Positions 26,317-35,652 of a stretch of DNA of 40,942 bases are shown one piece after another. A model generated the notes under the pieces. The model was given only the letters and a program-made list of their open reading frames with translations. It was not told where the DNA came from and did not search any database. Within the stretch, counting starts at the first letter, position 1. Each line of letters begins with the position of its first letter. Source of the DNA: Patescibacteria group bacterium (GTDB taxonomy: Bacteria; Patescibacteriota; Patescibacteriia; UBA2196); contig JBDRGZ010000008.1 in NCBI GenBank assembly GCA_043817345.1, positions 1 to 40,942 of the forward strand, in the 5' to 3' direction. A program made the translations under genes and the position numbers.

Positions 26317-27444
26317 ATGATTTGGATTAACTTTTTACATTTCTATCAACCACCAACAAACCCAAAGGAAGATATTAATAGGGTGGTCGAACAATCATAC
26401 CAACCTTTGGTTGATTTTTTAAAACAACACAAAGACACAAAGGTTACAATAAATATATCTGCCTGTTTAACAGAGAAACTTTTCAGTTTAGGCCACACCA
26501 AGCTATTAAAAGACTTTTCTGACTTGGAAAAAAAACAACAAATTGAATTTGTAGAATCAGCAGCCTTTCATTCAATCCTTCCTCTCTTGCCAGAAAAAGA
26601 AATTAAAAAACAGATTAAAATTAATAATGAAATAAACTCAAAAAGATTTGGAAAAGAATATAACCCAAAAGGTTTTTATCTACCAGAAATGGCATACTCT
26701 TTAAAAGTAGCTAATATAATAGAGGGGATGGGATATAAATATATCATCCTTGATGAAATAGCTATTAACAAAGATTTAAAAAAGAAAATAGATAATAATA
26801 TTAAATATGTATTAAAAAATGGATTACAAGTTGTTTTTAGAAACAGAAAGATATCACAAACTTTTGTTCCAAAAACAATTAACAAACCAGATCAAGAAAA
26901 AATAATTATCACAGCCACAGATGCTGAGCTATATGGACATCGTTATTGGAACTGGTGGAGCACGTACTCTTCTTTAAGTAAAAAAATCCAAACTAAAACA
27001 ATCTCAGAATATTTAAAGACTTTAAAAGAGAAAAAAACTGTTCAACCAGTTAAGTGCTCGTGGGAATCTACACCAAAAGAACTCAAAAAAAATATTCCAT
27101 TTGCTTTGTGGAATAACCCAAGGAACAAAATTCATTCTAGTCTTTGGAGATTTACAGATTTTGTTCTAAAATTAAACTACGCTAATCAAGAAGACAAAAA
27201 TCATTTTGCTTCAAGATTACATTTAGAAAACGGTTTAGCAAGTTGTACTTTTTGGTGGGCATCAAAAAAAGATTTTAAACTTTTTTCTCCTGTTGCGTGG
27301 AATCCACACATGATAGAAAAAGGAGCACACGAACTTCTCTACTCTGTTCGCTCACTAGAAAACATAGATCTAAAGTTAAAAATTAAAGCAGAAAAAATGT
27401 TTAGCCAAATACGAAATATGGTTTGGAACAAACATTGGAAATAA
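26317..27444 (+). CDS. Glycoside hydrolase family 57-like protein (short form)
   Basis: N-terminal INFLHFYQPP, YLPEMAYS and ATDAELYGHRYW resemble GH57 catalytic-region motifs. At 375 aa it is shorter than GH57 branching enzymes. Confidence 0.6.
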   Translation: MIWINFLHFYQPPTNPKEDINRVVEQSYQPLVDFLKQHKDTKVTINISACLTEKLFSLGHTKLLKDFSDLEKKQQIEFVESAAFHSILPLLPEKEIKKQIKINNEINSKRFGKEYNPKGFYLPEMAYSLKVANIIEGMGYKYIILDEIAINKDLKKKIDNNIKYVLKNGLQVVFRNRKISQTFVPKTINKPDQEKIIITATDAELYGHRYWNWWSTYSSLSKKIQTKTISEYLKTLKEKKTVQPVKCSWESTPKELKKNIPFALWNNPRNKIHSSLWRFTDFVLKLNYANQEDKNHFASRLHLENGLASCTFWWASKKDFKLFSPVAWNPHMIEKGAHELLYSVRSLENIDLKLKIKAEKMFSQIRNMVWNKHWK

Positions 27445-27446
27445 AC

Positions 27447-28397
27447 ATGAAAAAAACATTCTTCACAGAACAAAAAGTTTTTAAGACAAAAGATAAAGTT
27501 TTAGAAAATAAAAACATACAAATACTTAGCAAAATGGGCTTAAGTGATGATTTCTATACTGTGCTTTGTAAGGATAATCATAACAACCAATATGTCTTAA
27601 AAATACGTAAAGAAAAATCAAGAACAACCAGACAAGGTTTTTTAACAGAAATACATATACTAAAACAACTTAGTAGACAAAAAGATATAGGTTTACTAGT
27701 ACCTGAATATTTAAGCTCAAACACATACAGTTCTCCTGAGTGGTTGATATATAAGTTTTCAGAAGGAAGCTCTATTGGTTGGTGGTCTGGATTTGAGGAA
27801 TGGTTTACAGACAAACACATAAAAAAACTACCTAAAATAGTTTCAAGCATTTCAAAAGTTACAATTAATTCAAATAAAATCAAAAAAATATCATACAACC
27901 AAACAATTAAAATCTTTAACAAAAGAAAGAATATCCTTAAAAAATATTTGTCAAGCGAACAAATCAAAAAAGGTTCTGACATATTAAAAAAAAACAAACA
28001 AATTTTTAATAAGGCAAATTTTGTTTTAACCCACGGAGACTTACACCCAGGTAATATTGTTCTAAACAAAAAAGATAAGCTTGTTGTTATTGATTGGTTT
28101 AACGCCCATTTAAACAACGCAGCTTTTGATCCTTGTTTTGTCTGGTTTTCTTTGTGGGGTTATCCAGAAGAACAAAAAGAATTCCTAGATGAAATTACAC
28201 AAGAAAATTCTAAACAAAAAGGTTTTAAAAAACTTTTCTCCCTAAATCAAATTATTCTAACTCCTAAGTTCTTAGAAATAATGGATAATATTAAAAAAGA
28301 AATCGATCCAGATTCAGAAGAACACGAAGACGTTATTGAAGCAGAAGGATTTTTTGTTAAAACATACAAAGAAGTATTGCGAGACTATGAAAAATAA
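27447..28397 (+). CDS. APH/ChoK-family small-molecule kinase (substrate unknown)
   Basis: YVLKI supplies the catalytic Lys strand. THGDLHPGNIVL (Brenner motif) and VVIDWFNA are present. The start is set at ATG 27447, just after the GH57 stop. Confidence 0.7.
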   Translation: MKKTFFTEQKVFKTKDKVLENKNIQILSKMGLSDDFYTVLCKDNHNNQYVLKIRKEKSRTTRQGFLTEIHILKQLSRQKDIGLLVPEYLSSNTYSSPEWLIYKFSEGSSIGWWSGFEEWFTDKHIKKLPKIVSSISKVTINSNKIKKISYNQTIKIFNKRKNILKKYLSSEQIKKGSDILKKNKQIFNKANFVLTHGDLHPGNIVLNKKDKLVVIDWFNAHLNNAAFDPCFVWFSLWGYPEEQKEFLDEITQENSKQKGFKKLFSLNQIILTPKFLEIMDNIKKEIDPDSEEHEDVIEAEGFFVKTYKEVLRDYEK

Positions 28398-28966
28398 AAA
28401 ACATCACATAGTTTTTGAAGGAACAGAATTGGTAGGTAAAAGTTTTCTGATTTCCAAGATATATAACTATTTAGAAAAAAAATATAATACCAACCCTAAG
28501 GTTTTAAATGGTTGTCATTGGTTTAACTGTGACGTTGGAGTTTTTGGAACAAAAGAAGGTAAATCAGTTATTAATAAATATATAGAAATATTAGAAATTT
28601 TAAAAAACAAAAATGTAATTTTTGAAAAATTACATGTTACAGACAATGTATACAATAAAAAAAAAAATAGATTATTCAAAAGAAGAACAAAAATTAAAAA
28701 AACTAAACACAAAATTGATTTTAATTACCGTTAAAAACGAAAAGATATACACAGAACGTATTGCAGACAGGTTAAATAACTCTCCTCATTATAAAAGAAT
28801 TTTACAAAAACCTTCTCAATATTTTGAACAACAACAAAAATATGTACAGGTAGTAGAAAAAAGCAACCTAGACCACATGGTTATAGACATGTCTACTCCT
28901 TTAGATAAAAAGTTTGTACAAAAACAAGTTAAAAAGATTCTGACCTTTCTTGGAGAAAATAAATAA
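28387..28966 (+). pseudogene. P-loop (dTMP-kinase/deoxynucleoside-kinase-like) kinase gene interrupted by a frameshift at an A11 tract
   Basis: The N-terminal part is MKNKKHHIVFEGTELVGKS... and stops at 28734. The C-terminal part continues in the +1 frame from the A run at 28657-28667 (...IDYSKEEQKLKKLNTKLILITV...). Removing one A fuses them into a protein of about 190 aa. Confidence 0.65.
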
Positions 28967-28972
28967 CCCTTT

Positions 28973-30020
28973 ATGAAAAAGAAATTAAAAATAGGAATTT
29001 TAGTTGGTGAAAATATAGACAAATATTCAAACTATGGTTTTACTATGCGCATAGGATGGCAAATTGAAGGACTAAAAAAATTAGGTCACGATGTTTTTTT
29101 ATACGCATTAGATAAAAGCAATTCGTCAAACTTAGTAAAATGTTATCCACAAAACATAGATCTACAAGAAAGACATAAAAAAAAATCTAATTTCACTTAA
29201 AGCAGTGCAAGACTCAAACAAACTAGATATTCTTCATAGTCATTCGTATAGCGGTGTTACAATGAGCCCATTATCTAAATGCCCTGTTGTTTATACTGTT
29301 GCTTATGTTAATTTTGAAAAAACAATAATAAATTTGTATAAATTGTTTCCAAACGTACACTTTGTACCCATGTCGAACTTTTTAAAAAAACAATTTAAAC
29401 TAAACTGGACAAACGTTGTTCATAACGGTATTAATGCGGGCAAATTTGTTTTACCCAAAAAGGAAAACAGGAATATGTTTATTTGTATTGGAAGAATTGT
29501 GCCGGAAAAAGGAATTCACATCGCCACTAAATATTGTTCTGACAAAAACATAAAATTAAAAATTGCCGGACCAATCAGTGACCAAGAATATTTTACCAAA
29601 AAAATTAAACCATTTCTTGGTAAATATGTTTCTTATGTTGGGGAACTGAACTTTAAAGAAAAAATAAAATTTTACCAAGAAGCAAAAGCGCTCCTCAACC
29701 CACTCCAATATAATGAAGCGTTTGGTAATACAATGATAGAAGCTATGGCGTGTGGCACCCCAATTATCGCTTTTAACAAAGGCTCTGTTCCTGAAGTTGT
29801 AAAAGATCAAAAAACTGGTTTTATTGTTAATAATATAAAAGAGCTTGGTTTAAAAATAAACAAAATATCAGAAATTAATTCACTTGATTGTCGCTCAAGA
29901 GTATTGGACAATTTTACTTATCAAAAAATGGCTGAAAATTATGAGGAAATTTACTATAAAATTTTAAGGCAAAAAAATGAAGATAGCAATTGCCAAATCC
30001 TTCAATGGTTTACACAATAA
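28973..30020 (+). pseudogene. GT4-family glycosyltransferase gene interrupted by a frameshift at an A9 tract
   Basis: The N-terminal 75 aa (KIGILVGE...LKKLGHDVFLYA) end at 29200. The +1 frame is open from 29160 and continues DILHSHSY...GRIVPEKG...EAFGNTMIEAMACGTPIIAF...GFIV (E-x7-E). The A run is at 29177-29185. Confidence 0.7.
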
Positions 30021-30840
30021 ATACAAAAAATATTTTAAACAGCTGGGTGCTAATCCTTTTTTGTTTAACATAGACACAATAGACTGGTATAATGTTGAAA
30101 AAACAAAAAAACCAAACGTGTATTTTTGGTACGCAGATCAAAAAGAAGAAAGATATAATATTATTCTTGATAAAATATATTTTATTGAAAAAATAATTAA
30201 AAAACCTGTTTTTCCTGACTCAAATATGTATTTTTCTTTTGCTAATAAGGTTAGACAGTACCAAATCTTTAAAACATTAAATTTACCAACACCAAAGACA
30301 TTTATTTTAACTACAAAAAATGATGCCTTACGGTTTATTAAAAAAACAAAATATCCATTTATATTTAAAGATCCTTATGGGTATGATGGTTTACATGTAT
30401 TTAAGGTTGATAATGAAAAACAGGCGATACAAAAAGTAAAACAAATTTTTTCTTTGGGACTAAAAACTGGCAGTTCTGTTTGTAAAGATGTTTTTTATAC
30501 CCAAGAGTTTATTAAAACTGAAAAAGATTTACGACTAATAACTATTGGAAAAAAGGCTGTTTGTGCATATTGGCGACAAGGCAGCTCATGGAAACACAAT
30601 GTACACAGTAGCGCACAAATAAAATTTGACAACATCCCCAAAACAGTAGTAGACTTCTGCATAAGATTATCTGCTAAAATGAATTTTCATTGGATGGCTT
30701 ATGATTTTATTGTTAAGCCAAATAATAAATTTTATTTAATAGAATGGAGTTGTAATTTTGGGACCAAAGGCGCTGACATACAAAATATAAATATTAGACT
30801 TGAACAGTCTAAACATGTAATTAAAATATTAAAAAAATGA
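29977..30840 (+). CDS. ATP-grasp ligase, RimK-like (divergent)
   Basis: FANKVRQYQIFKTLNLPTPKTF...YPFIFKDPYGYDGLHVFKV...DLRLITIGKKAVCAYWRQ...YLIEWSCNFG shows ATP-grasp fold landmarks. It overlaps the GT4 3' end by 44 nt. Confidence 0.65.
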   Translation: MKIAIAKSFNGLHNKYKKYFKQLGANPFLFNIDTIDWYNVEKTKKPNVYFWYADQKEERYNIILDKIYFIEKIIKKPVFPDSNMYFSFANKVRQYQIFKTLNLPTPKTFILTTKNDALRFIKKTKYPFIFKDPYGYDGLHVFKVDNEKQAIQKVKQIFSLGLKTGSSVCKDVFYTQEFIKTEKDLRLITIGKKAVCAYWRQGSSWKHNVHSSAQIKFDNIPKTVVDFCIRLSAKMNFHWMAYDFIVKPNNKFYLIEWSCNFGTKGADIQNINIRLEQSKHVIKILKK

Positions 30841-31775
30841 AAAAAACGAACAAACGCATTCTGGGTATTTTACTTTTTTCAAAACAAAACAAAAATAATA
30901 GTGTTGGACCAAACATCCAAAGAATTATAGATGAAGCAACTAAACAAAACCTTACACCTAAAATTTTTTATTATAATCTATTTTCTGTTTCAATGAGTCA
31001 AAAAAACATAAATATATATTATGAGGACAAAAAAATAAACCCAAAAGATATTTTTTTTATGATTGCTTTTTATGACATATCTCTTGGCAAAGAAAGTTCA
31101 AAAAAAAATTGGTTTATTGCAGAATGTTTAGAGGAGTTGGGTGTAAAAATTTTCAATTCACCAAAATCTGCCAAAATAGTTCAAAACAAAAGAGATGTTT
31201 ATCTTAGGCTTTCAAAACAAGACTTGCCTATCATTCAAACTTTTATAAATTTTAGCGAGTTTAATCTTGGTAGAATTATAAATAAGCATAAAAGCGAAAC
31301 ATTAATTGCAAAATCTGCTAATGGTTTGCAGGGGTATGGGACGGTTATTCTAAATTCACATATATCTTTTATCTCTTTTATGGAATTTTTAATAGATAAA
31401 TATCCGCCCTCAAATCTACTAATTCAGCCCTTTATGCATTTTAACCAAACAGATTATAGAATATTTGTAGTTGGAAATCAAGTTGTTGCTGGTATTAGTA
31501 GAAAATCAAACGGAATTGAATTTAGGTCAAACCTAAACAAAGGTGGAGTTGGTACAAAAATTAATGTAACAAAAAATATGGCTGAAATAGCAACTAAGAC
31601 CACCAAAACATTAAATTTAGATTTTGCTGGTGTAGATATTGGGAGAGAAACAAAAACAGGTAAATATTATATTATAGAAGTAAATGGGCTAAACCCAGGA
31701 TTAAAAATAGAGGAGATTGCAAAAGTAAATATATCAGTGGCAATAATAAACCACTGTATAAAAAAATCTAAATAA
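30837..31775 (+). CDS. ATP-grasp ligase, RimK family (alpha-L-glutamate-ligase-like)
   Basis: VQNKRDVYLRLSKQDLPI...DYRIFVVGNQVVAGISRKSNGIEFRSNLNKGG...LDFAGVDIGRE...YYIIEVNGLNPG is present. Its start overlaps the previous gene with ATGA. Confidence 0.75.
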   Translation: MKKTNKRILGILLFSKQNKNNSVGPNIQRIIDEATKQNLTPKIFYYNLFSVSMSQKNINIYYEDKKINPKDIFFMIAFYDISLGKESSKKNWFIAECLEELGVKIFNSPKSAKIVQNKRDVYLRLSKQDLPIIQTFINFSEFNLGRIINKHKSETLIAKSANGLQGYGTVILNSHISFISFMEFLIDKYPPSNLLIQPFMHFNQTDYRIFVVGNQVVAGISRKSNGIEFRSNLNKGGVGTKINVTKNMAEIATKTTKTLNLDFAGVDIGRETKTGKYYIIEVNGLNPGLKIEEIAKVNISVAIINHCIKKSK

Positions 31776-31794
31776 GTTTTTATCTAAAAAAAAC

Positions 31795-31821
31795 AAAAAA
31801 CTGGTCAAAACCCAGTTTTTT
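31795..31821 (+). terminator. Intrinsic terminator after the second ATP-grasp gene
   Basis: AAAAAACTGG-TCAAAAC-CCAGTTTTTT: a 10-bp stem. Confidence 0.65.
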
Positions 31822-31857
31822 GTTATATAATATAACCATACAATTAATAACAAAACT

Positions 31858-32691
31858 ATGCCAAAATATTCAATAGCCCTGGACATCGGAGCAACAAAAA
31901 CACTAGCAGGACTTGTTTCTGGAAATAAAATAATTAAAACCATTAAAAAAACAAGTAAGTCCCAGAAAACCAATAACGAGATAATTAAAAATATTAAATA
32001 TATTATTAACCAATTATGGAACAAGAATGTAAAAAAGATTGGTATTGGAATTGCTGCTCAGGTTGATATTAAAAATAAATCAATATTAACAACAACCAAC
32101 TTTAATCCCAAGTTCAAAAACATTAAATTAGTAGAAATTCTTAAAAAAGAATTTAAGGTCCCTGTTTTAATAGATAACGATGTAAAATGTTTTGTCAAAG
32201 CAGAAAATCAGTATGGTTATGGTAGAGTATACGATAATTTTGTTGGTTTAACATTTGGTACAGGTATTGGTGGTGCAATTGTTTGTAATAAAAAACTTTT
32301 GCGTGGAGAAAACAATCTGGCAGGAGAAGTTGGTCATATGAAAATATCTGGGGGTTGGATAGGAGCTGCCCCTGCCTGTGGTTGTGGTGGAAAATATTGC
32401 TGGGAAACATTAGCATCTGGAAGAGCTTGGCAAAAAATAGCAAATAAATATGGTGAAAAAAAAGCAAACAAAATAATTATACCAAATATTGCAACAGGAT
32501 TAGTTAATTTAACAACAATTCTAAACCCAGAAGCTTTTGTTTTGGGTGGTGGTCTAATAGAACACGCTCACATACTAAAAGAAATCCGCAAAGAATTCTA
32601 TAAACAAAATACCCAATCCCTCTTAAGAAAAACACAAATTGTTAAATCTAAATTAGGCGACCAAACAATTTTGCTCGGCTCATTAATGTAA
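31858..32691 (+). CDS. ROK-family sugar kinase (glucokinase-like)
   Basis: SIALDIGATKT, GTGIGGAIV, GEVGHM and the zinc motif CGCGGKYCWETLASG are present. 277 aa. Confidence 0.85.
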   Translation: MPKYSIALDIGATKTLAGLVSGNKIIKTIKKTSKSQKTNNEIIKNIKYIINQLWNKNVKKIGIGIAAQVDIKNKSILTTTNFNPKFKNIKLVEILKKEFKVPVLIDNDVKCFVKAENQYGYGRVYDNFVGLTFGTGIGGAIVCNKKLLRGENNLAGEVGHMKISGGWIGAAPACGCGGKYCWETLASGRAWQKIANKYGEKKANKIIIPNIATGLVNLTTILNPEAFVLGGGLIEHAHILKEIRKEFYKQNTQSLLRKTQIVKSKLGDQTILLGSLM

Positions 32692-32696
32692 GACAT

Positions 32697-35594
32697 ATGC
32701 AATATAGAAAATCTCCACAAACTTGGAAGAAAAATACAGCTAAAAGAAAAAAGCAAGTAATCAAGAAGTATCAACAAAAAGCTTCTTCTTTTCATATTCC
32801 ACACAAAAACAAAGAAAGCCAAGACCTCTTTAAAAAATTATTTAAAAAGATTGTTAAGTTAATAATAATTCTAGTAACACTGGGATCTATAACCTTAGCA
32901 GGAACAATCGCATGGTTTTCAAAAGAACTACCAGAAACAACTGATTTATTAACAAAACACCAAGCAGGTGCTGCTAAATTTTATGATCGAACAGGAGAAA
33001 CCCTGCTATATGATTCAGGTAGTGGTGATTTTACTAGAACCAAACTAGAATTAGAAGAAATTCCAGACTATATAAAATGGGCAACATTAGTAGCTGAAGA
33101 CAGAAAGTTCTATTCACACAGTGGTATAGATTTTAAAGGTATTTTAAGGTCCATATTCCTTAATGTTTTTAAACCAAATACCCGCATTGGGGGATCTTCA
33201 ATCTCACAACAGTTTATTAAAAATGCTTTACTCTCTCCAGAAAAAACATACACTAGAAAAATTAAAGAACTTATTCTTACGTGGCAACTTGAAAGAAAAT
33301 TTACCAAAGACGAAATACTAGAAATGTATTTAAATGAAATACCATACGGAGGTACATCTTATGGGATAGAAGCAGCAGCTAAAAAATATTTTAACAAATC
33401 GGCAGTTGATTTAAATTTAGCTGAAGCAGTAGCTTTGGCGGCTTTACCACAAGCACCTTCATATCTTTCGCCCTACGGATCAAACAAAGATAATCTTTTG
33501 TGGAGGAAAGATTGGATTTTAGATTCATTAGTAGAAGAAGGATATGTGCCAGAAGCAAAAGCAGAAGCTGCTAAACAATTTGAATTAGAATTCTCTCAAA
33601 TTTCAAGTTCAATTATTGCACCTCATTTCATTTTTTACGTTAAAGAATTAGCAGTTGAAAAATATGGAGAAAAAGCAATAAGCGAAGACGGGCTAGAAAT
33701 AATCACAACACTAGATTTAGAAAAACAAAAAATTGCAGAGCAAATAATTACGGAGCAGGTAGAGAAAAACCTAGAGAATTATGGAGCAAACAACGCAGCA
33801 CTTGTTTCAATGCAAGCAAACACTGGGGAAATTTTAACAATGGTTGGGTCTGCAAACTATTTTAATGAAGATATTGATGGAGCTGTTAATGTTGCTGTTC
33901 GTCCAAGACAGCCTGGGTCTTCTTTTAAACCAATTGTATACACAGCTTCTTTTATTAAAGGTTTTTCACCTGAAACCATTCTGTTTGATTTGGTTACTAA
34001 TTTTAAAGCAGACCCAGATGATTATGAACCGCATAACTATAACGATACAAATTATGGACCAGTTTCTATTCGCAAGGCTTTTGCTGGTTCTTTAAACATA
34101 CCTGCTGTAAAAACAATTTATTTGACAGGTACAGATAATGTAATAGATTTAGCAGAAAGTCTTGGTTATACAACATTTGGAGACAGGTCTAGATTTGGAT
34201 TATCCTTAGTATTGGGTGGTGGAGAAGTAAAACTACTAGAGCATGTATCTGCTTTTACTGCTTTGGCACAAGATGGAGAACATTATTCGCCTCAAGCTAT
34301 TTTAAAAATCACAAACAGTAAAAGTAAAACTTTAGAAGAATTTAAATCAAAAAAAGCTAAAGGAAATAAGGTTATAGATAAAGAAATAGCAAGACAAATA
34401 ACAGATATTATGTCAGACAACATTGCTAGAGCATATATTTTTGGAGAACAAAACTTACTCACCTTACCTGATAGACCAGTTGCAGCCAAGACAGGTACAA
34501 CTAACGACTACAAAGATGGGTGGACCATGGGCTTCACTCCATCAATTGTAACTGGTGTGTGGGTTGGAAACACTCGCGGAGAAGCCATGAGAGGAGCTGC
34601 AGCTGGAGGAAATGTAGCAGCCCCTATTTGGAATAGATACATGCGGGAAGTTACAAAAGACACTGAAATAGAATATTTTACAAAACCAAAAGAATACGAA
34701 CTTCCCCAAAAACCAATGTTAAACGGGGACATTGCTGGAGAGATAAAAATAAAGATTGACAAAACTACTGGTAAGCTCGCCACTGAATATACACCGGAAT
34801 CTCAAATTGAAGAAAAGGTTTATCGCGAGGTCCACTCCATTTTACATTATGTAAATAAAAACAATCCTTTGGGTCCAACCCCCCAAGACCCTTATCAAGA
34901 TAATAATTACGAACGTTGGGAACAGGCCGTTGTAGAATGGGCTGAAGAAAACGGGTACGAAACAAGTACAAACTTACCTCAAGAAAAAGATGATGTGCAC
35001 ACACCAAAAAATATTCCCCAACTTCAAATTAATTCACCAAACAACAACACAACACTTACCTCTCCTGACTTGACTGTTAATATTTCCACTTCATCAAAAA
35101 GAGGTATTGCAAAAGTTGAGTATTGGTTAGATGATACATTACTAGAATCAATTGAATCTAAACCATTCAATTTAGAGAACTATCAAGTAATTGGTTTTCA
35201 AAACGGTTCTTATTCGTTAAAAGTAATTGCTAAAGATGATGTTGCTAATGAAAAAATTCAATCTATTACTTTAAATCTAAATTTACCAAGTCAATATTCA
35301 CAACCTGTAACTTTTATCCAACCAAGGAATGGTCATATGTTGATTGAAGAAAGTTTTCCTTATCCAGTCATTATTAATATCAGTAATCCAGATTATTATA
35401 AAAAAGTTGATTTCTATTTAATCAACCCATCTAACAATTCTTCTTGGTTAGGTTACAAAGAGATAAATAATTCACAAATTACATTTACATGGAATGATAT
35501 TCCACAAGATTCAGGGGATTATAAAATATATACTTTGACTACAAATAATAGTAATAAGACAATAAAGAGCGATGAAATAAATTTCAATATTTAA
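32697..35594 (+). CDS. Class A penicillin-binding protein (transglycosylase + transpeptidase) with a C-terminal extension
   Basis: GT51 motifs: VAEDRKFYSHSGID, GGSSISQQFIKN, RKIKE. Transpeptidase motifs: SSFKP, SLN, KTGTTND. It has an N-terminal TM anchor, and the ~230-aa tail looks like beta-sandwich (Ig-like) repeats. Confidence 0.9.
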   Translation: MQYRKSPQTWKKNTAKRKKQVIKKYQQKASSFHIPHKNKESQDLFKKLFKKIVKLIIILVTLGSITLAGTIAWFSKELPETTDLLTKHQAGAAKFYDRTGETLLYDSGSGDFTRTKLELEEIPDYIKWATLVAEDRKFYSHSGIDFKGILRSIFLNVFKPNTRIGGSSISQQFIKNALLSPEKTYTRKIKELILTWQLERKFTKDEILEMYLNEIPYGGTSYGIEAAAKKYFNKSAVDLNLAEAVALAALPQAPSYLSPYGSNKDNLLWRKDWILDSLVEEGYVPEAKAEAAKQFELEFSQISSSIIAPHFIFYVKELAVEKYGEKAISEDGLEIITTLDLEKQKIAEQIITEQVEKNLENYGANNAALVSMQANTGEILTMVGSANYFNEDIDGAVNVAVRPRQPGSSFKPIVYTASFIKGFSPETILFDLVTNFKADPDDYEPHNYNDTNYGPVSIRKAFAGSLNIPAVKTIYLTGTDNVIDLAESLGYTTFGDRSRFGLSLVLGGGEVKLLEHVSAFTALAQDGEHYSPQAILKITNSKSKTLEEFKSKKAKGNKVIDKEIARQITDIMSDNIARAYIFGEQNLLTLPDRPVAAKTGTTNDYKDGWTMGFTPSIVTGVWVGNTRGEAMRGAAAGGNVAAPIWNRYMREVTKDTEIEYFTKPKEYELPQKPMLNGDIAGEIKIKIDKTTGKLATEYTPESQIEEKVYREVHSILHYVNKNNPLGPTPQDPYQDNNYERWEQAVVEWAEENGYETSTNLPQEKDDVHTPKNIPQLQINSPNNNTTLTSPDLTVNISTSSKRGIAKVEYWLDDTLLESIESKPFNLENYQVIGFQNGSYSLKVIAKDDVANEKIQSITLNLNLPSQYSQPVTFIQPRNGHMLIEESFPYPVIINISNPDYYKKVDFYLINPSNNSSWLGYKEINNSQITFTWNDIPQDSGDYKIYTLTTNNSNKTIKSDEINFNI

Positions 35595-35604
35595 TAAAAT
35601 ATAC

Positions 35605-35635
35605 AAAAACAGACCTAGAGGTTAGGTCTGTTTTT
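35605..35635. terminator. Bidirectional terminator between the PBP gene and dnaN
   Basis: AAAAACAGACCTA-GAGGT-TAGGTCTGTTTTT. Confidence 0.75.
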
Positions 35636-35652
35636 TTGTTTTACTTATTTTT

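Noticed and set aside
27578-28117. 179-aa minus-strand ORF
   Set aside because: It is antisense to the well-supported APH-type kinase gene. Its Phe/Leu/Ile-rich composition is the mirror image of Lys/Asn/Glu-rich coding DNA, and it has no recognisable motifs.
29143-29151. Perfect DnaA box TTATCCACA
   Set aside because: It lies inside the GT4 coding region, about 8 kb from dnaA, with no neighbouring boxes. It is most likely a chance occurrence.
31734-32024. 96-aa hydrophobic minus-strand ORF that could be read as a small membrane protein
   Set aside because: It lies opposite the ROK kinase N-terminus, including its conserved DIGATK motif, and spans the terminator and promoter spacer. It is an AT-rich mirror-frame artefact.
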